Under the pieces are notes generated by a model that saw only the letters and a program-made list of their open reading frames with translations, did no database searches and was not told the DNA's origin. From NCBI GenBank assembly GCA_003230085.1, contig QIGV01000154.1, forward strand, positions 1,702-65,701: a stretch of 64,000 nucleotides of DNA. The letters are read 5' to 3'. Each line of letters begins with the position of its first letter. Position 1 is the first letter of the stretch. The position numbers were made by a program, and so were the translations under genes. This DNA is from Gammaproteobacteria bacterium (lineage in GTDB: Bacteria; Pseudomonadota; Gammaproteobacteria; SZUA-140). Below are positions 52,611-63,736 of the stretch, piece after piece.

Positions 52611-53099
52611 ATGAAATTGACTACCAAAGGTCGTTACGCAGTAACCGCCATGCTTGATCTGGCACTGCATGCACAGGAAGCGCCAGTGCCTCTGGCAGAT
52701 ATTTCTCAGCGGCAGGGGATTTCTCTATCCTATCTTGAACAGTTGTTTGCCAAATTACGCCGACAGGGCCTTGTCTCCAGCGCGCGTGGACCGGGTGGCG
52801 GTTATCGTTTAAGTCGGGATTCCAAGGAAATCTCTATTTCCGAAGTCATCAATGCCATCAATGAACATGTCGACGCCAGACGTTGTGGAGGATTGGCCAA
52901 CTGTCAGGATGACGAGCCTTGCTTGACGCATGAGCTGTGGGCAGATTTGAGTGAGCAGATTCAGGATTTTCTCACTAACATCAGTCTGGGTGATCTTGTC
53001 GAGCGTCGTGAGGTTCGTGAAGTTAGCGCGCGACAGGATAGCCGGCAAAAAGGTCAGGGGTTTGTTCCGATGGTTGCTGCAGGGTCGATCAGCCAATAG
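52611..53099 (+). CDS. iscR: Fe-S cluster assembly transcriptional regulator IscR (Rrf2 family)
   Basis: 162 aa; Rrf2 HTH; the three Cys residues are at positions 92, 98 and 104 ([13 protein letters not shown]). Confidence 0.92.
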   Translation: MKLTTKGRYAVTAMLDLALHAQEAPVPLADISQRQGISLSYLEQLFAKLRRQGLVSSARGPGGGYRLSRDSKEISISEVINAINEHVDARRCGGLANCQDDEPCLTHELWADLSEQIQDFLTNISLGDLVERREVREVSARQDSRQKGQGFVPMVAAGSISQ

Positions 53100-53134
53100 A
53101 TTCAACTCACAGCATACAAGCTGTCAAGGCATGA

Positions 53135-54286
53135 ATGACTGTTTACATGGATTACAACGCAACCACTCCAGTCGCCGATGAGGTGCTGGCAGAGATGTTG
53201 CCTTATTTGAGTAAACAGTTCGGGAATCCGTCAGGCCGGCATAGCCAGGGCCGGATTGCGCGAGCAGCACTGGATCAGTCGCGAGAGCAGGTTGCCGCGC
53301 TGGTAAATGCTCAGCCGTCGCAGATAATTTTTACCAGCGGTGCCAGTGAGGCGAACAACCTCGCAGTAAAGGGATGGCCGTGTCATCGGGAATCAACCTG
53401 TACCGCAGTAAGCGCCATTGAACATCCCTCAGTGTTGGCGCCGGCATTATACCAGCAGCAGTGTGGTAAAAAGATGAAGACCATCGCTGTCGATGAAGAT
53501 GGTCGAGTTAGCCGGACTGCGCTGGAAGGTGTCCTTGAAGAGGGCGCGGGAATGGTTTCAGTAATGATGGCCAATAATGAAACCGGTGTGATTCAGGATA
53601 TTGGCATGATCAGTAGATGCGCCCATGAACATGGCGCCCTTGTTCACAGCGATGCAGCACAGGCTGTGGGGAAGATTAAGGTGGACTTTGTTGCCAGTGA
53701 GGTAGATATGATGAGTCTTTCAGCGCACAAGTTATATGGTCCGAAGGGCGTGGGCGCTCTGGTGGTGAGTAAATCACTGGATCTGGCAGCGCAAATACAC
53801 GGTGGTGGGCAAGAGAACGGTATGCGCTCTGGAACAGAAAATGTTGCCGGTATTGTTGGCTTTGGTGCGGCGGCAGATCTGGCGCTCAGGCAACTGGAGT
53901 CGTATCAAGCCCAGATGGACGTGCTGAGAAACTATCTTGAATCGTGCCTGCGCACCCTGGATGGCGTGGTGTTATTTGCTGACCAGGCGCATCGTATACC
54001 CAACACGGTCTGCATTGCGTTGCCGGGTTTAGATGGAGAGACTGCAGTGATGATGCTTGACCAGGATGGCATCGCGGTATCGAGTGGGTCCAGTTGTGCC
54101 AGTGGTAGCACAGAACCCAGCCATGTATTACTGGCAATGGGAGTAGACCCGGACGTCGCGCGTTGTGCTATACGCATTAGTCTGGGCAAACAAAATACCG
54201 TAGCGGATATTGATACTCTGATTTCTGCTTTGGAACGGCATATCGATAGCATGGGATCTATGTCAGCAGCATATTACTCGTCGTAG
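53135..54286 (+). CDS. cysteine desulfurase, NifS-like (class I, short form)
   Basis: 383 aa; PLP-lysine region SAHKLYGPKGVG; active-site SSGSSCASG. Confidence 0.88.
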   Translation: MTVYMDYNATTPVADEVLAEMLPYLSKQFGNPSGRHSQGRIARAALDQSREQVAALVNAQPSQIIFTSGASEANNLAVKGWPCHRESTCTAVSAIEHPSVLAPALYQQQCGKKMKTIAVDEDGRVSRTALEGVLEEGAGMVSVMMANNETGVIQDIGMISRCAHEHGALVHSDAAQAVGKIKVDFVASEVDMMSLSAHKLYGPKGVGALVVSKSLDLAAQIHGGGQENGMRSGTENVAGIVGFGAAADLALRQLESYQAQMDVLRNYLESCLRTLDGVVLFADQAHRIPNTVCIALPGLDGETAVMMLDQDGIAVSSGSSCASGSTEPSHVLLAMGVDPDVARCAIRISLGKQNTVADIDTLISALERHIDSMGSMSAAYYSS

Positions 54287-54333
54287 ACACTAGATGAATT
54301 TGGTTCAACATTATTAAATAAACAGTGAGTCGT

Positions 54334-55557
54334 ATGAGCGAATTAAAATACCCGATCTATCTGGATTATGCCGCAACAACGCCAGTTGATCCGCGTGTGG
54401 CAGAAGAAATGATGGGCTGCCTGACAATGGACGGAAACTTCGGTAATGCCGCCTCCCGTTCCCACACCTTTGGCTGGAATGCTGAGGCTGCAATAGATAA
54501 AGCACGCGGTCATGTAGCCGATTTGCTTAATGCCGATCCCCGGGAAATTATCTGGACCTCTGGCGCTACGGAATCGGATAACCTTGCCATCAAGGGAACA
54601 GCCCATTTTAATCGGAAAAAAGGCAAACATATCATCACGTCCAAGACAGAGCACAAGGCAGTGCTTGACAGTTGTCGTCAGTTGGAACGTGAGGGGTTTG
54701 AGGTAAGCTACCTTACACCAGAGGACAGCGGCCTGCTTGATCTCGAGAAGCTCAAGGCCGAAATACGTGATGACACAATTCTGGTTTCCATCATGCACGT
54801 GAATAATGAAGTGGGCGTTATCCAGGATATCGAGGCGATTGGCGAAATCACTCGGGAGCGGGGCGTCCTGTTCCATTGTGATGCGGCCCAGAGTGCGGGT
54901 AAGGTGCCGATCGACCTGGAAAAACTAAAAGTGGATCTGATGTCATTCTCTGCCCATAAAATCTATGGTCCCAAAGGCATCGGCGCACTCTATGTTCGCC
55001 GCAAGCCGAGAGTTCGGCTCGAGGCACAGATGCATGGTGGCGGCCACGAACGTGGTATGCGATCGGGGACCCTGGCAACCCACCAGATCGTTGGCATGGG
55101 AGCGGCTTTCCGTATCGCCAAAGAAGAAATGGTAGAGGAAAATGCCCGCCTGATGAAATTGCGCAACCGCTTGTGGAATGGATTGAAAGATATTGAGGAA
55201 GTCTATCTTAATGGCGATCTGGAGCAGCGGGTGCCTGGCAATATGAATATCAGTTTTAATTTTGTTGAAGGAGAGTCCCTGATCATGGCGCTCAAGGATA
55301 TGGCGGTATCATCAGGGTCAGCGTGTACATCGGCAAGTCTTGAGCCCTCCTATGTCTTGCGGGCACTGGGTCGCGAAGATGAACTTGCGCACAGTTCCAT
55401 TCGCTTTTCATTGGGTCGCTTCACAACTACCGAGAATGTTGATTTCGTTGTTAAGACAGTACGTGGAAAGGTAGACAAACTGCGAGCGCTTTCACCTTTG
55501 TGGGACATGTACAAGGAAGGCATTGATCTCTCAACTGTGGAATGGGCAGCACATTAA
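54334..55557 (+). CDS. iscS: cysteine desulfurase IscS
   Basis: About 80% identical to E. coli IscS, with SSGSACTS and a C-terminus ending ...SIEWAHH (here ...TVEWAAH). Confidence 0.97.
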   Translation: MSELKYPIYLDYAATTPVDPRVAEEMMGCLTMDGNFGNAASRSHTFGWNAEAAIDKARGHVADLLNADPREIIWTSGATESDNLAIKGTAHFNRKKGKHIITSKTEHKAVLDSCRQLEREGFEVSYLTPEDSGLLDLEKLKAEIRDDTILVSIMHVNNEVGVIQDIEAIGEITRERGVLFHCDAAQSAGKVPIDLEKLKVDLMSFSAHKIYGPKGIGALYVRRKPRVRLEAQMHGGGHERGMRSGTLATHQIVGMGAAFRIAKEEMVEENARLMKLRNRLWNGLKDIEEVYLNGDLEQRVPGNMNISFNFVEGESLIMALKDMAVSSGSACTSASLEPSYVLRALGREDELAHSSIRFSLGRFTTTENVDFVVKTVRGKVDKLRALSPLWDMYKEGIDLSTVEWAAH

Positions 55558-55591
55558 TGGTTAACAAGATTTTATCAAGGAGTACAGTGTT

Positions 55592-55975
55592 ATGGCTTAC
55601 AGTGTAAAGGTACTGGATCATTACGAGAACCCACGCAATGTTGGGACATTTGATAAAGATGACCTCTCGATCGGGACAGGCATGGTTGGCGCACCCGCAT
55701 GTGGTGATGTGATGAAATTGCAGATCAAGGTCAGTGATAATGGTGTGATTGAGGATGCAAAATTCAAGACCTATGGCTGTGGGTCGGCGATTGCGTCCAG
55801 CTCACTGCTGACAGAATGGGTTAAAGGCAAGACTCTGGAAGAAGCGACTCAGATCAAGAATAGCGAAATCGCTGAGGAACTTGCGTTGCCTCCGGTCAAG
55901 ATCCATTGCTCGGTTTTGGCAGAAGACGCCATCAAGGCTGCTATAGCCGATTATCAAAAGAAGAGTGAGGCATAA
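55592..55975 (+). CDS. iscU: Fe-S scaffold IscU
   Basis: 127 aa; APACGDVMKL...GCGSAIAS...HCSV. Confidence 0.97.
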   Translation: MAYSVKVLDHYENPRNVGTFDKDDLSIGTGMVGAPACGDVMKLQIKVSDNGVIEDAKFKTYGCGSAIASSSLLTEWVKGKTLEEATQIKNSEIAEELALPPVKIHCSVLAEDAIKAAIADYQKKSEA

Positions 55976-56023
55976 AAGTGCCTGCCTCACTCTCACAGTA
56001 CAAAGGGTAATATTGGTAAGCCT

Positions 56024-56347
56024 ATGGGTATTACATTGACAGATACAGCTGCTGAACATGTCAGAGGTTTTTTGAAAAAACGGGGCAAGGGTAGTGGTAT
56101 TCGCCTCGCTGTGAAGACATCGGGTTGTTCAGGGCTCGCCTATGTTCTGGAAGTCTTTGATCAGGTAGAGCCAGAGGATATCGTGTTTGAGGACCGGGAT
56201 GTTAAGGTCATTGTTGATCCCAAGAGCCTGATTTATCTTGATGGGACAGAGCTGGATTTTTCCCGTGAAGGACTCAACGAAGGTTTTAAATTCAACAATC
56301 CCAATGTCAAGGATGCCTGCGGCTGTGGGGAAAGCTTCAATGTCTGA
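56024..56347 (+). CDS. iscA: Fe-S carrier IscA
   Basis: 107 aa; C-terminal CGCGESFNV. Confidence 0.95.
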   Translation: MGITLTDTAAEHVRGFLKKRGKGSGIRLAVKTSGCSGLAYVLEVFDQVEPEDIVFEDRDVKVIVDPKSLIYLDGTELDFSREGLNEGFKFNNPNVKDACGCGESFNV

Positions 56348-56450
56348 TGCCAAGGCCATTCATCAAGGGTTTTCTGATACGTCACGATTGGATATAACAC
56401 GAGCGGTATGAGGTCGTACACCAGCTTCAGACTCCTGTCAGCAAGGATGA

Positions 56451-56990
56451 ATGCAGTCACTTCTGTCTAAAGATTTTTTTACCCTGTTTGGCCTGCCCAT
56501 TTCCTATCATATTACCAGCGCGGACCTTACGGCGCGCTTCCGGGAAATGCAATCCGCGGTGCATCCGGATAAATACGCCAATGCAACCAGCCAGGAAAAG
56601 AAGTTATCAGTCCAGATGTCCGCGCATATCAATGAGGCTTACCAGACACTGAAGAACCCATTGTCGCGTATTCATTATCTACTTACACTAAAGGGCATTG
56701 ATACCCAGGATAAGGCCGCTTCTCCGGACCCGGAATTTCTGGCCAGGCAGATTGAACTGCGTGAAATGGTTGCGGAAATTCAAATTGCTCAGGGACCTCG
56801 GAAAGAGCTGGCACAACTACTGAGCGAGATAACAGAGAATATCAGTACATTACAGACGACAGTATCGAAGGAGCTGGATGTTGCAGATGACAGCGGACTG
56901 CTCAATTCGGCACACAAGCATTATAATGAACTACAATTTCTCTACCGATTGCTGGAAGAAGTCCGGGATATCGAGGAAATGCTCGAATAA
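56451..56990 (+). CDS. hscB: co-chaperone HscB
   Basis: J domain with HPD; conserved operon position. Confidence 0.9.
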   Translation: MQSLLSKDFFTLFGLPISYHITSADLTARFREMQSAVHPDKYANATSQEKKLSVQMSAHINEAYQTLKNPLSRIHYLLTLKGIDTQDKAASPDPEFLARQIELREMVAEIQIAQGPRKELAQLLSEITENISTLQTTVSKELDVADDSGLLNSAHKHYNELQFLYRLLEEVRDIEEMLE

Positions 56991-57010
56991 TAATTATATT
57001 GAGTAATTAA

Positions 57011-58888
57011 ATGGCATTATTTGAAATCAGTGAACCGGGTGAAGCACCCTCTACATTACCGCACCGCCGTGCTGCCGGAATAGATCTCGGCACTACCAAT
57101 TCCCTGGTTGCCACAGTAATGGAGGAGGTCGCCGCGACCATTGGTGACGAACTCGGGCAGCACCTGTTACCTTCCGTGGTTCGCTATCGAGCAGATGGTA
57201 GCCCGCTAGTCGGGCTTACAAATCAGCAGTTCATTCATGATGACCCCCTGAATACGATTAGTTCGGTGAAGCGATTTATGGGGCGTGGTGTGGAAGACAT
57301 TCAAACACTGGCCAACAAATTCCCTTATGAATTCGTTCATGCTGAGCGCGGCATGCCTCGGATCAAGACGGTAGCGGGTGATTTTAGCCCGGTGGAAGTT
57401 TCGGCTGAAATACTCAAGGCGTTGAAAGTCCGTGTTGAACAGACACTGGAGGGGCCGCTTGACGGTGTAGTGATCACTGTCCCCGCCTATTTTGATGATG
57501 CGCAGCGCCAGGCGACCAAGGATGCGGCACATTTGGCGGGCTTGAAGGTGCTGCGTTTTCTGAATGAGCCCACCGCCGCAGCGATAGCCTATGGTCTTGA
57601 TCAGGGTGCAGAAGGTATTCATGCCATTTATGACTTAGGTGGTGGCACCTTCGATATTTCAATATTGCGTTTCAGTAAAGGTGTTTTTGAAGTGCTTGCA
57701 ACGGCGGGAGATTCGGCGCTGGGTGGCGATGACATCGACAGGGCTATTGCCGAATGGCTGTTGGAACAGGCCGATATTGGTGCTGATGCCGATCATAAAC
57801 GCTTGCAGGAAGTGATGTATCATGCCAGGGTCGCAAAGGAATTATTGACTGAGCAGGACAGTGTTGAGCTTACCATCAGACGTCCCGATGGCACTGACTG
57901 GCACGGCCAGATGAACCGTGCAGAGTTTGCCGAGCAGATCAAACCTATTATTCACAGAACATTAGCACCCTGCAAAAGGGTATTGCGCGATGCCGGTATC
58001 GAATTGCGTGACATCTGTGAAGTCGTAATGGTAGGTGGTTCCACCCGCATTCCCCTCGTCCGTGAGATGGCCGGCAAATTTTTTCACTGCGAACCCCATG
58101 TCGATATCGACCCTGACAAGGTAGTGGCCATTGGTGCCGCCATCCAGGCCGACATATTAGCGGGGAATAAACCTGACAATGACATGCTGCTACTGGATGT
58201 GATACCGCTTTCGCTGGGGATTGAAACCATGGGCGACTTAGTTGAAAAACTGATTCCCCGCAATACCACAATACCGGTGACGCGGGGACAGAAATTTACT
58301 ACTTTCAAGGATGGTCAGACTGCTATGGCTATTCATGTGGTGCAGGGTGAGCGGGAACTGGTTAGAGATAATCGCTCCCTGGCGCGCTTCGAACTCCAGG
58401 GTATTCCTCCGATGGTGGCTGGTGCGGCGCATATACAGGTAACTTTTCAGGTTGATGCCGATGGTTTACTGAGTGTGTCGGCAAAAGAGCAGAGCACCGG
58501 CGTTGAGACTGGCATCGTCGTTAAGCCTTCCTATGGATTGAGTGATGGAGAGGTTGAAAAAATGCTGCGTGACTCTCTCACTCATGCCAGTGATGATGTC
58601 AATATTCGTCGCTTGCGTGAATACCAGGTTGAAGCGGAACGCGCCTTCAATGTTCTTCAGGTGGCGCTCAACGAAAATGGTGAACAGCTGTTATCTAGCG
58701 TAGAACGTGCTCGAATTGATACTGCCCTGGATGCATTACAATCAGTGCGCCAGGGAAAGGATTACCTCGCCATCAAGAAAGCGATGACCGTGCTGGACCG
58801 GGTGAGTTCAGAATTTGCAGAACGGCGTATGAATGCCAGCATCCATGATGCCCTGACCGGGCATAAAGTAAACGAATTCTCTGAGTAA
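57011..58888 (+). CDS. hscA: chaperone HscA (Hsp66)
   Basis: [13 protein letters not shown]...[14 protein letters not shown], collinear with E. coli HscA. Confidence 0.96.
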   Translation: MALFEISEPGEAPSTLPHRRAAGIDLGTTNSLVATVMEEVAATIGDELGQHLLPSVVRYRADGSPLVGLTNQQFIHDDPLNTISSVKRFMGRGVEDIQTLANKFPYEFVHAERGMPRIKTVAGDFSPVEVSAEILKALKVRVEQTLEGPLDGVVITVPAYFDDAQRQATKDAAHLAGLKVLRFLNEPTAAAIAYGLDQGAEGIHAIYDLGGGTFDISILRFSKGVFEVLATAGDSALGGDDIDRAIAEWLLEQADIGADADHKRLQEVMYHARVAKELLTEQDSVELTIRRPDGTDWHGQMNRAEFAEQIKPIIHRTLAPCKRVLRDAGIELRDICEVVMVGGSTRIPLVREMAGKFFHCEPHVDIDPDKVVAIGAAIQADILAGNKPDNDMLLLDVIPLSLGIETMGDLVEKLIPRNTTIPVTRGQKFTTFKDGQTAMAIHVVQGERELVRDNRSLARFELQGIPPMVAGAAHIQVTFQVDADGLLSVSAKEQSTGVETGIVVKPSYGLSDGEVEKMLRDSLTHASDDVNIRRLREYQVEAERAFNVLQVALNENGEQLLSSVERARIDTALDALQSVRQGKDYLAIKKAMTVLDRVSSEFAERRMNASIHDALTGHKVNEFSE

Positions 58889-58892
58889 AGAC

Positions 58893-59231
58893 ATGCCAAA
58901 GCTGATTTTTCTACCCCATGAGGAAATTTGTCCCGAAGGTGATGCCTTCGAGGTTGAGTCAGGTATCAGCATTTGTGATGCTGCACTGCAGCATGGTATT
59001 GAAATCGAACATGCCTGCGAAAAATCGTGTGCCTGCACTACTTGCCATATCTACGTCCGTGAAGGTGGCGAAACCCTGGCGCCCAGCGATGAAGATGAAG
59101 ATGATATGCTGGATAAGGCATGGGGTCTCGATCCTGACTCCCGGCTGAGTTGTCAGGTCATCGTAGGCGACAAAGATCTGATCATTGAGATTCCCAAATA
59201 CACCCTCAACCTGGTTTCAGAGAAAAATTAA
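58893..59231 (+). CDS. fdx: [2Fe-2S] ferredoxin of the isc operon
   Basis: 112 aa; Cys ligands C..ACTTCH...C. Confidence 0.93.
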   Translation: MPKLIFLPHEEICPEGDAFEVESGISICDAALQHGIEIEHACEKSCACTTCHIYVREGGETLAPSDEDEDDMLDKAWGLDPDSRLSCQVIVGDKDLIIEIPKYTLNLVSEKN

Positions 59232-59243
59232 TGGAGGACCGGC

Positions 59244-59444
59244 ATGGGACTGAAATGGACTGATTCACTGGAAATTGCCATTACACTCGATGAAGCACAT
59301 CCCGATGTGGATCCCATGAAAATCAACTTCGTAGAGCTGGCGCAGTGGGTGCGAGAGTTGGCCGAGTTCGATGATGATGTCGGACACTGTGGCGAAAAAA
59401 TCCTGGAAGCCATACAGATGGCATGGATCGAAGAAAAGGATTAA
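59244..59444 (+). CDS. iscX: Fe-S assembly protein IscX
   Basis: 66 aa, acidic, MGLKWTDSLEIAI. Confidence 0.9.
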   Translation: MGLKWTDSLEIAITLDEAHPDVDPMKINFVELAQWVRELAEFDDDVGHCGEKILEAIQMAWIEEKD

Positions 59445-59485
59445 AGGATCCCTACAAAGCCAACGGATCTGTAAGGAAAGAATCT

Positions 59486-59578
59486 ACAGAAAACCGGGGT
59501 CACAGAAAAACCGGGGTCAGACTTCAGTTTCTTTAGAAACTAAAGTCTGACCCCGGTTTTTCTGTGACCCCGGTTTTC
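59486..59578. repeat. hairpin repeat family 2, copy 3 (nested palindrome; probable bidirectional terminator between iscX and mepK)
   Basis: Outer AGAAAACCGGGGTCACAG / CTGTGACCCCGGTTTTCC and inner AAAAACCGGGGTCAGACTTCAGTTTCT / AAACTAAAGTCTGACCCCGGTTTTT. Confidence 0.9.
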
Positions 59579-59585
59579 CTCTGAT

Positions 59586-60183
59586 CTACCAGGTTCTGAC
59601 ACGTCCAACATCGATGTGGACGAAGTCCGAGTCTTTATAGTATCCCACCCCCCCCACGGCCCAGCTTAATTGCAGCGTCACGCAGCCGGGCGCTATCAAC
59701 ACCGCGCAGACGAACGTCAATCGCTTTGCCCTGCATGTGCAGGCTATTTTTTGCCACCCCCTTGCCATTCTCGCGTAACAGCGTGTTGGTCTTCGGTGAC
59801 CGGTAGGCGGAGATAATTTCAAAAGTCCCTTCACCGCCCAGTTGGGTGTGAAGCGCATGGAGAATATCCAGCACACCGGGATTGATGGCATGAATATCAC
59901 CCGTACGGAAATCACTGAGGAAGTGGTTTATTTTCTCCAGTGCCTGCGGTATGTAGTCCTTACCATCGTGATAGACAATGGACAGATTCAACATCGTGTG
60001 TGTGTGGTAAAAATCCAGTTGGCGGGTCGTGGTATAGTTAAAATCCGGGACTCTAGAATAGATGCATGTTATCACTGCTGTCCCTTCTTCCACAGGGACT
60101 CTTTTCAGTACCCCCTTGAGGGGTAGAAGGCTAGGATGAGGGGATAAATAATATAATGCGTTACCTATTCTTGATCCCCTCAC
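59586..60183 (-). pseudogene. mepK: DUF882 / peptidase M15 (MepK/YcbK-like murein DD-endopeptidase), frameshifted at a C8 homopolymer
   Basis: Two overlapping minus-strand ORFs together cover E. coli YcbK. Frame A ends ...AAIKLGRGGGGIL* and frame B carries ...AVGGVGYYKDSDFVHIDVGRVRTW*. Removing one C from the C8 run at 59648..59655 restores ...KLGRGGVGYYKDSDFVHID... No Tat or signal peptide is recognisable at the N-terminus, which is encoded by the REP-like element. Confidence 0.75.
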
Positions 60184-60210
60184 CCCAACCCTCTCCCACA
60201 GGGAGAGGGA
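60175..60210. repeat. REP-like family 1 copy (CCCCTCACCCCAACCCTCTCCC-ACA-GGGAGAGGGA)
   Basis: Direct reading. Overlaps the annotated 5' end of the mepK-like ORF and lies in the divergent region shared with ldtD. Confidence 0.85.
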
Positions 60211-60287
60211 GATAACGAGACATGTTATTTGGTTACCTCAGACTTGAGTCGCCAGCGGCATCATGGCATAAGACGGGAGGAAATCCA

Positions 60288-61985
60288 GTGTTTGCTGTAA
60301 GCAAATTTAGATACTTGATCCAGATATGGGCGATCTGCCTGCTTGTTTCATGGAGTTGTATCGCCACAGCCCAGGTAGAATCCGAGACAGAATCCGACAC
60401 GACGTTCATCCAGTCTCGCCTCAACACCCTGGTCGATAATGGTCACCTGGTGCTGCTAGGTGCCCGGATCGAGAGTACTCATTTTCTACCGGCCTTCTAC
60501 AAGCGTCGTGGCTATCATCTGGCCTGGACGGGTCGTGAGGAAAATATCCACGCGTTTTCCCGGCGTATATTAGCCAGCGCTGAAGAAGGCCTTACACCAT
60601 CCGATTACCATGCCAGCCAGATTCAAAAGACATTGGAGGCGCAATCCAGAGGGGCGTTGTCGCCCGCGCAACAGGCAGATTTTGATCTGATGCTCACTGA
60701 AGCTTTGGCCCGCTATGCTTATCACCTCCGCTTTGGCAAGGTTGATCCGGAAAAACTTGATCCCGACTGGAACCTTGCGCGTTCGTTTAAGGGCCAGGAT
60801 CCGCTGATAGAGCTGCAGGCCGTCATTGATTCTCCCGCTTTTGACGACTGGCTGGATGCCCTGGTGCCGCAATTACCTATTTATAGTAGTTTGAAAAAAG
60901 CATTGGCTAAGTACAAGGCAATACGAGACGCGGGTGGCTGGCCCGTGGTCGCGGCAGGGCCGACCTTGAGGCCGGATATGATGGATGCGCGCGTACCCGT
61001 GATCAGGCAACGTCTGGTCGCGAGCGGTGACCTGGATGCGGGCGCCGACAGTAATAGTGAACATTATGACGAGCCGCTCAAGGCTGCCACCATTCGTTTC
61101 CAGGGGCGTCATGGTCTGGAGCCAGACGGTATCATTGGCAAACAGACGCTGGCGGAAATGAATATTCCCGTCACGGCGCACATTGATCAGATACGCGTGA
61201 ATCTTGAACGTGCCTGCTGGGTTTCTCAGGAAATTCCCGACACCTACGTCATCGTCGATTTAGCCGGTTTTAGAGCAAGCCTGTACCGGGATGGTAAAAT
61301 CGTGTGGGATGAACGTGCCCAGATCGGTACGCCCTTTCGCAAGACACCGGTGTTTCGTGAGGACATGACTTACCTGGATTTAAACCCGACCTGGACCATT
61401 CCGCCGACCATGCTGGAAAAAGATATTCTTCCCCGGATCAGGAAGGATCCAGGTTACCTGGCGAAGAAACGCATCAGGGTCCTCACTTTCAGTGGGGATG
61501 AGGTCGATCGGACGAGTATCGACTGGGAGTCTGTTTCAGCAAAAAAATTCCCTTACATGCTGCGCCAGGATCCTGGGCCTAACAATGCCCTGGGGCGCGT
61601 TAAATTCATGTTCCCCAATCCCCATTTTATCTACTTGTATGACACACCAAGCAAGGAATTATTTGCACGCAATAGCCGCGCATTTAGTTCCGGCTGTATT
61701 CGCGTCGACAATCCTTACCGGTTTGCGGAACTGCTGTTGCAGGACAGTGAAAAATGGAATTTGGAGAAAATCATGGCCGCAGTTGACACTTTGAAGCGGC
61801 AGACTGTCCGCTTGCCTCAATCGATACCTGTCCTGCTGCTTTACTGGACTGTCAATGTCGATCTCAATGGCGCAGTCGTGGCATTCAAAAAAGACCTGTA
61901 TCAACGTGACGCCCGTGTGCTGGCAGGCCTGGATGGGGACTTTGTGTTCAATGCCCCGGCAGATGCCCCCGCATGGCTGAAATGA
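60288..61985 (+). CDS. ldtD: L,D-transpeptidase, YcbB/LdtD-like (PG-binding plus YkuD domain)
   Basis: Catalytic HxxxSSGCIRV. Start set at GTG 60288, which has a GGGAGGA RBS and gives a clean signal peptide (MFAVSKFRYLIQIWAICLLVSWSCIATA/Q). The ORF track begins at ATG 60222. Confidence 0.85.
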   Translation: MFAVSKFRYLIQIWAICLLVSWSCIATAQVESETESDTTFIQSRLNTLVDNGHLVLLGARIESTHFLPAFYKRRGYHLAWTGREENIHAFSRRILASAEEGLTPSDYHASQIQKTLEAQSRGALSPAQQADFDLMLTEALARYAYHLRFGKVDPEKLDPDWNLARSFKGQDPLIELQAVIDSPAFDDWLDALVPQLPIYSSLKKALAKYKAIRDAGGWPVVAAGPTLRPDMMDARVPVIRQRLVASGDLDAGADSNSEHYDEPLKAATIRFQGRHGLEPDGIIGKQTLAEMNIPVTAHIDQIRVNLERACWVSQEIPDTYVIVDLAGFRASLYRDGKIVWDERAQIGTPFRKTPVFREDMTYLDLNPTWTIPPTMLEKDILPRIRKDPGYLAKKRIRVLTFSGDEVDRTSIDWESVSAKKFPYMLRQDPGPNNALGRVKFMFPNPHFIYLYDTPSKELFARNSRAFSSGCIRVDNPYRFAELLLQDSEKWNLEKIMAAVDTLKRQTVRLPQSIPVLLLYWTVNVDLNGAVVAFKKDLYQRDARVLAGLDGDFVFNAPADAPAWLK

Positions 61986-62188
61986 GTGTGTTGTCGGCTC
62001 ACATTGGTGCTATGGCCATCGTGGGGGTGGCCTGATCTTATAGATTAACGAAAAGAGTTGAATTATCACGGATTTATCCGGCCTTTCTGGAGTGGCTGGA
62101 CGTTGCCAGCCACTCCCTAAAACGTTACAATGCATGCCGATTTCACAACCGCAGTCGCGGGGTTTTTAATATTGACGGAGCAAAATAA

Positions 62189-62620
62189 ATGGCAATTGAA
62201 CGTACCCTATCCATAGTCAAACCCGATGCAGTCGCAAAAAACGTTATAGGCAGAATCTATGCCCAGTTTGAAGACGCTGGTTTGACAATTATCGCAGCCA
62301 GAATGACCCACCTCAGCCAGGAACAGGCAGAAGGTTTTTATTCAGTCCATAAAGAACGGCCATTTTATAATGACCTGGTTTCATTCATGACTTCCGGGCC
62401 GGTGATGATTCAGGTGCTGGAGGGTGAAGGCGCCATTGCCAAAAATCGTGAGTTGATGGGTGCCACCAATCCTACTGATGCAGCCCCGGGTACGATCAGG
62501 GCACTGTTTGCGAATAATGTTGAAGAAAATTCAGTTCACGGCTCGGATGCACCCGAAACCGCTCGGGCGGAGATTGAGTTTTTCTTTTCGGAACGGGAAA
62601 TCTGCCCTAGAACACGATGA
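62189..62620 (+). CDS. ndk: nucleoside diphosphate kinase
   Basis: 143 aa; NxxHGSD active site. Confidence 0.97.
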   Translation: MAIERTLSIVKPDAVAKNVIGRIYAQFEDAGLTIIAARMTHLSQEQAEGFYSVHKERPFYNDLVSFMTSGPVMIQVLEGEGAIAKNRELMGATNPTDAAPGTIRALFANNVEENSVHGSDAPETARAEIEFFFSEREICPRTR

Positions 62621-62638
62621 GAGTTTGGAAATAAAAAA

Positions 62639-63736
62639 TTGACCAAGACGGACCTGCTTAATCTGGATCGCCACGCGATGGAGGCCTTCTTCTCCCAACA
62701 GGGTGAGAAGTCCTTTCGTGCTTCTCAGATGCTCAAATGGATTCATCAGCTTGGCGTCATTGACTATGAATCCATGACGAACCTGGGTAAGAATCTGCGT
62801 GCCCGGCTGTCCGAAAACACCACCATCGGTTTGCCGGAGATCATCCATGCGCAGCATTCCAGTGATGGTACCCGAAAGTGGCTGTTGCGGCTGGCGGATG
62901 GCAACAGCATCGAGACGGTCTTTATCCCCGAGGAAGATCGCGGGACTTTATGTATTTCCTCGCAAGTGGGTTGCTCATTGAACTGCACCTTTTGTTCCAC
63001 CGCGCGCCAGGGTTACAACCGCAATCTCAGTGCGGGAGAAATCATTGCGCAGCTCTGGATAGCTAACCGTGAGCTGGCGGCCTTTGGTCAAAGCCAGCGA
63101 GTAATCACCAACGTGGTGCTGATGGGTATGGGCGAACCACTGCTGAACTTTGATAATGTGATTTCTGCCCTGCACTTAATGCTGGAGGACCATGCCTATG
63201 GTTTGTCCAAACGACGTGTGACGCTGAGTACAGCAGGCCTGGTACCGGGCATTGACCGCTTACGCGAAGTTTGCGACGTCAGCCTGGCAGTTTCACTGCA
63301 TGCGCCTGACGATGAATTGCGTGACCAGTTGGTGCCCCTCAATAAAAAATATCCGATCAGAGAATTGATGGCGGCCTGCAAACGTTATGTCGCCAACCAG
63401 CCACGCCGCAAGATTACCTTCGAATATGTGATGTTGTCAGGCATCAATGACACGCCTCGCCACGCCAATAAACTACTGAGATTGCTGGAGCATGTACCCT
63501 CCAAGGTCAATTTGATACCGTTTAACCATTTCCCCGGCTCGGAATTGCGCAGCAGCAGCGGCGCCGTCATCGACGTGTTCAGAGATATTTTGATTGCAGG
63601 CGGCCTCATGACGATGACCCGCAAGACCCGCGGTGACGATATCGATGCCGCATGCGGTCAGCTGGTTGGTAATTTTCAGGATCGCACCAGTCGCAGTCAC
63701 CGTATGCAGAAAGTGGTGCAGGGTCCTCGGCCATGA
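62639..63736 (+). CDS. rlmN: 23S rRNA m2A2503 / tRNA m2A37 methyltransferase (radical SAM)
   Basis: [11 protein letters not shown] radical-SAM motif; ndk-rlmN synteny. Confidence 0.95.
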   Translation: MTKTDLLNLDRHAMEAFFSQQGEKSFRASQMLKWIHQLGVIDYESMTNLGKNLRARLSENTTIGLPEIIHAQHSSDGTRKWLLRLADGNSIETVFIPEEDRGTLCISSQVGCSLNCTFCSTARQGYNRNLSAGEIIAQLWIANRELAAFGQSQRVITNVVLMGMGEPLLNFDNVISALHLMLEDHAYGLSKRRVTLSTAGLVPGIDRLREVCDVSLAVSLHAPDDELRDQLVPLNKKYPIRELMAACKRYVANQPRRKITFEYVMLSGINDTPRHANKLLRLLEHVPSKVNLIPFNHFPGSELRSSSGAVIDVFRDILIAGGLMTMTRKTRGDDIDAACGQLVGNFQDRTSRSHRMQKVVQGPRP

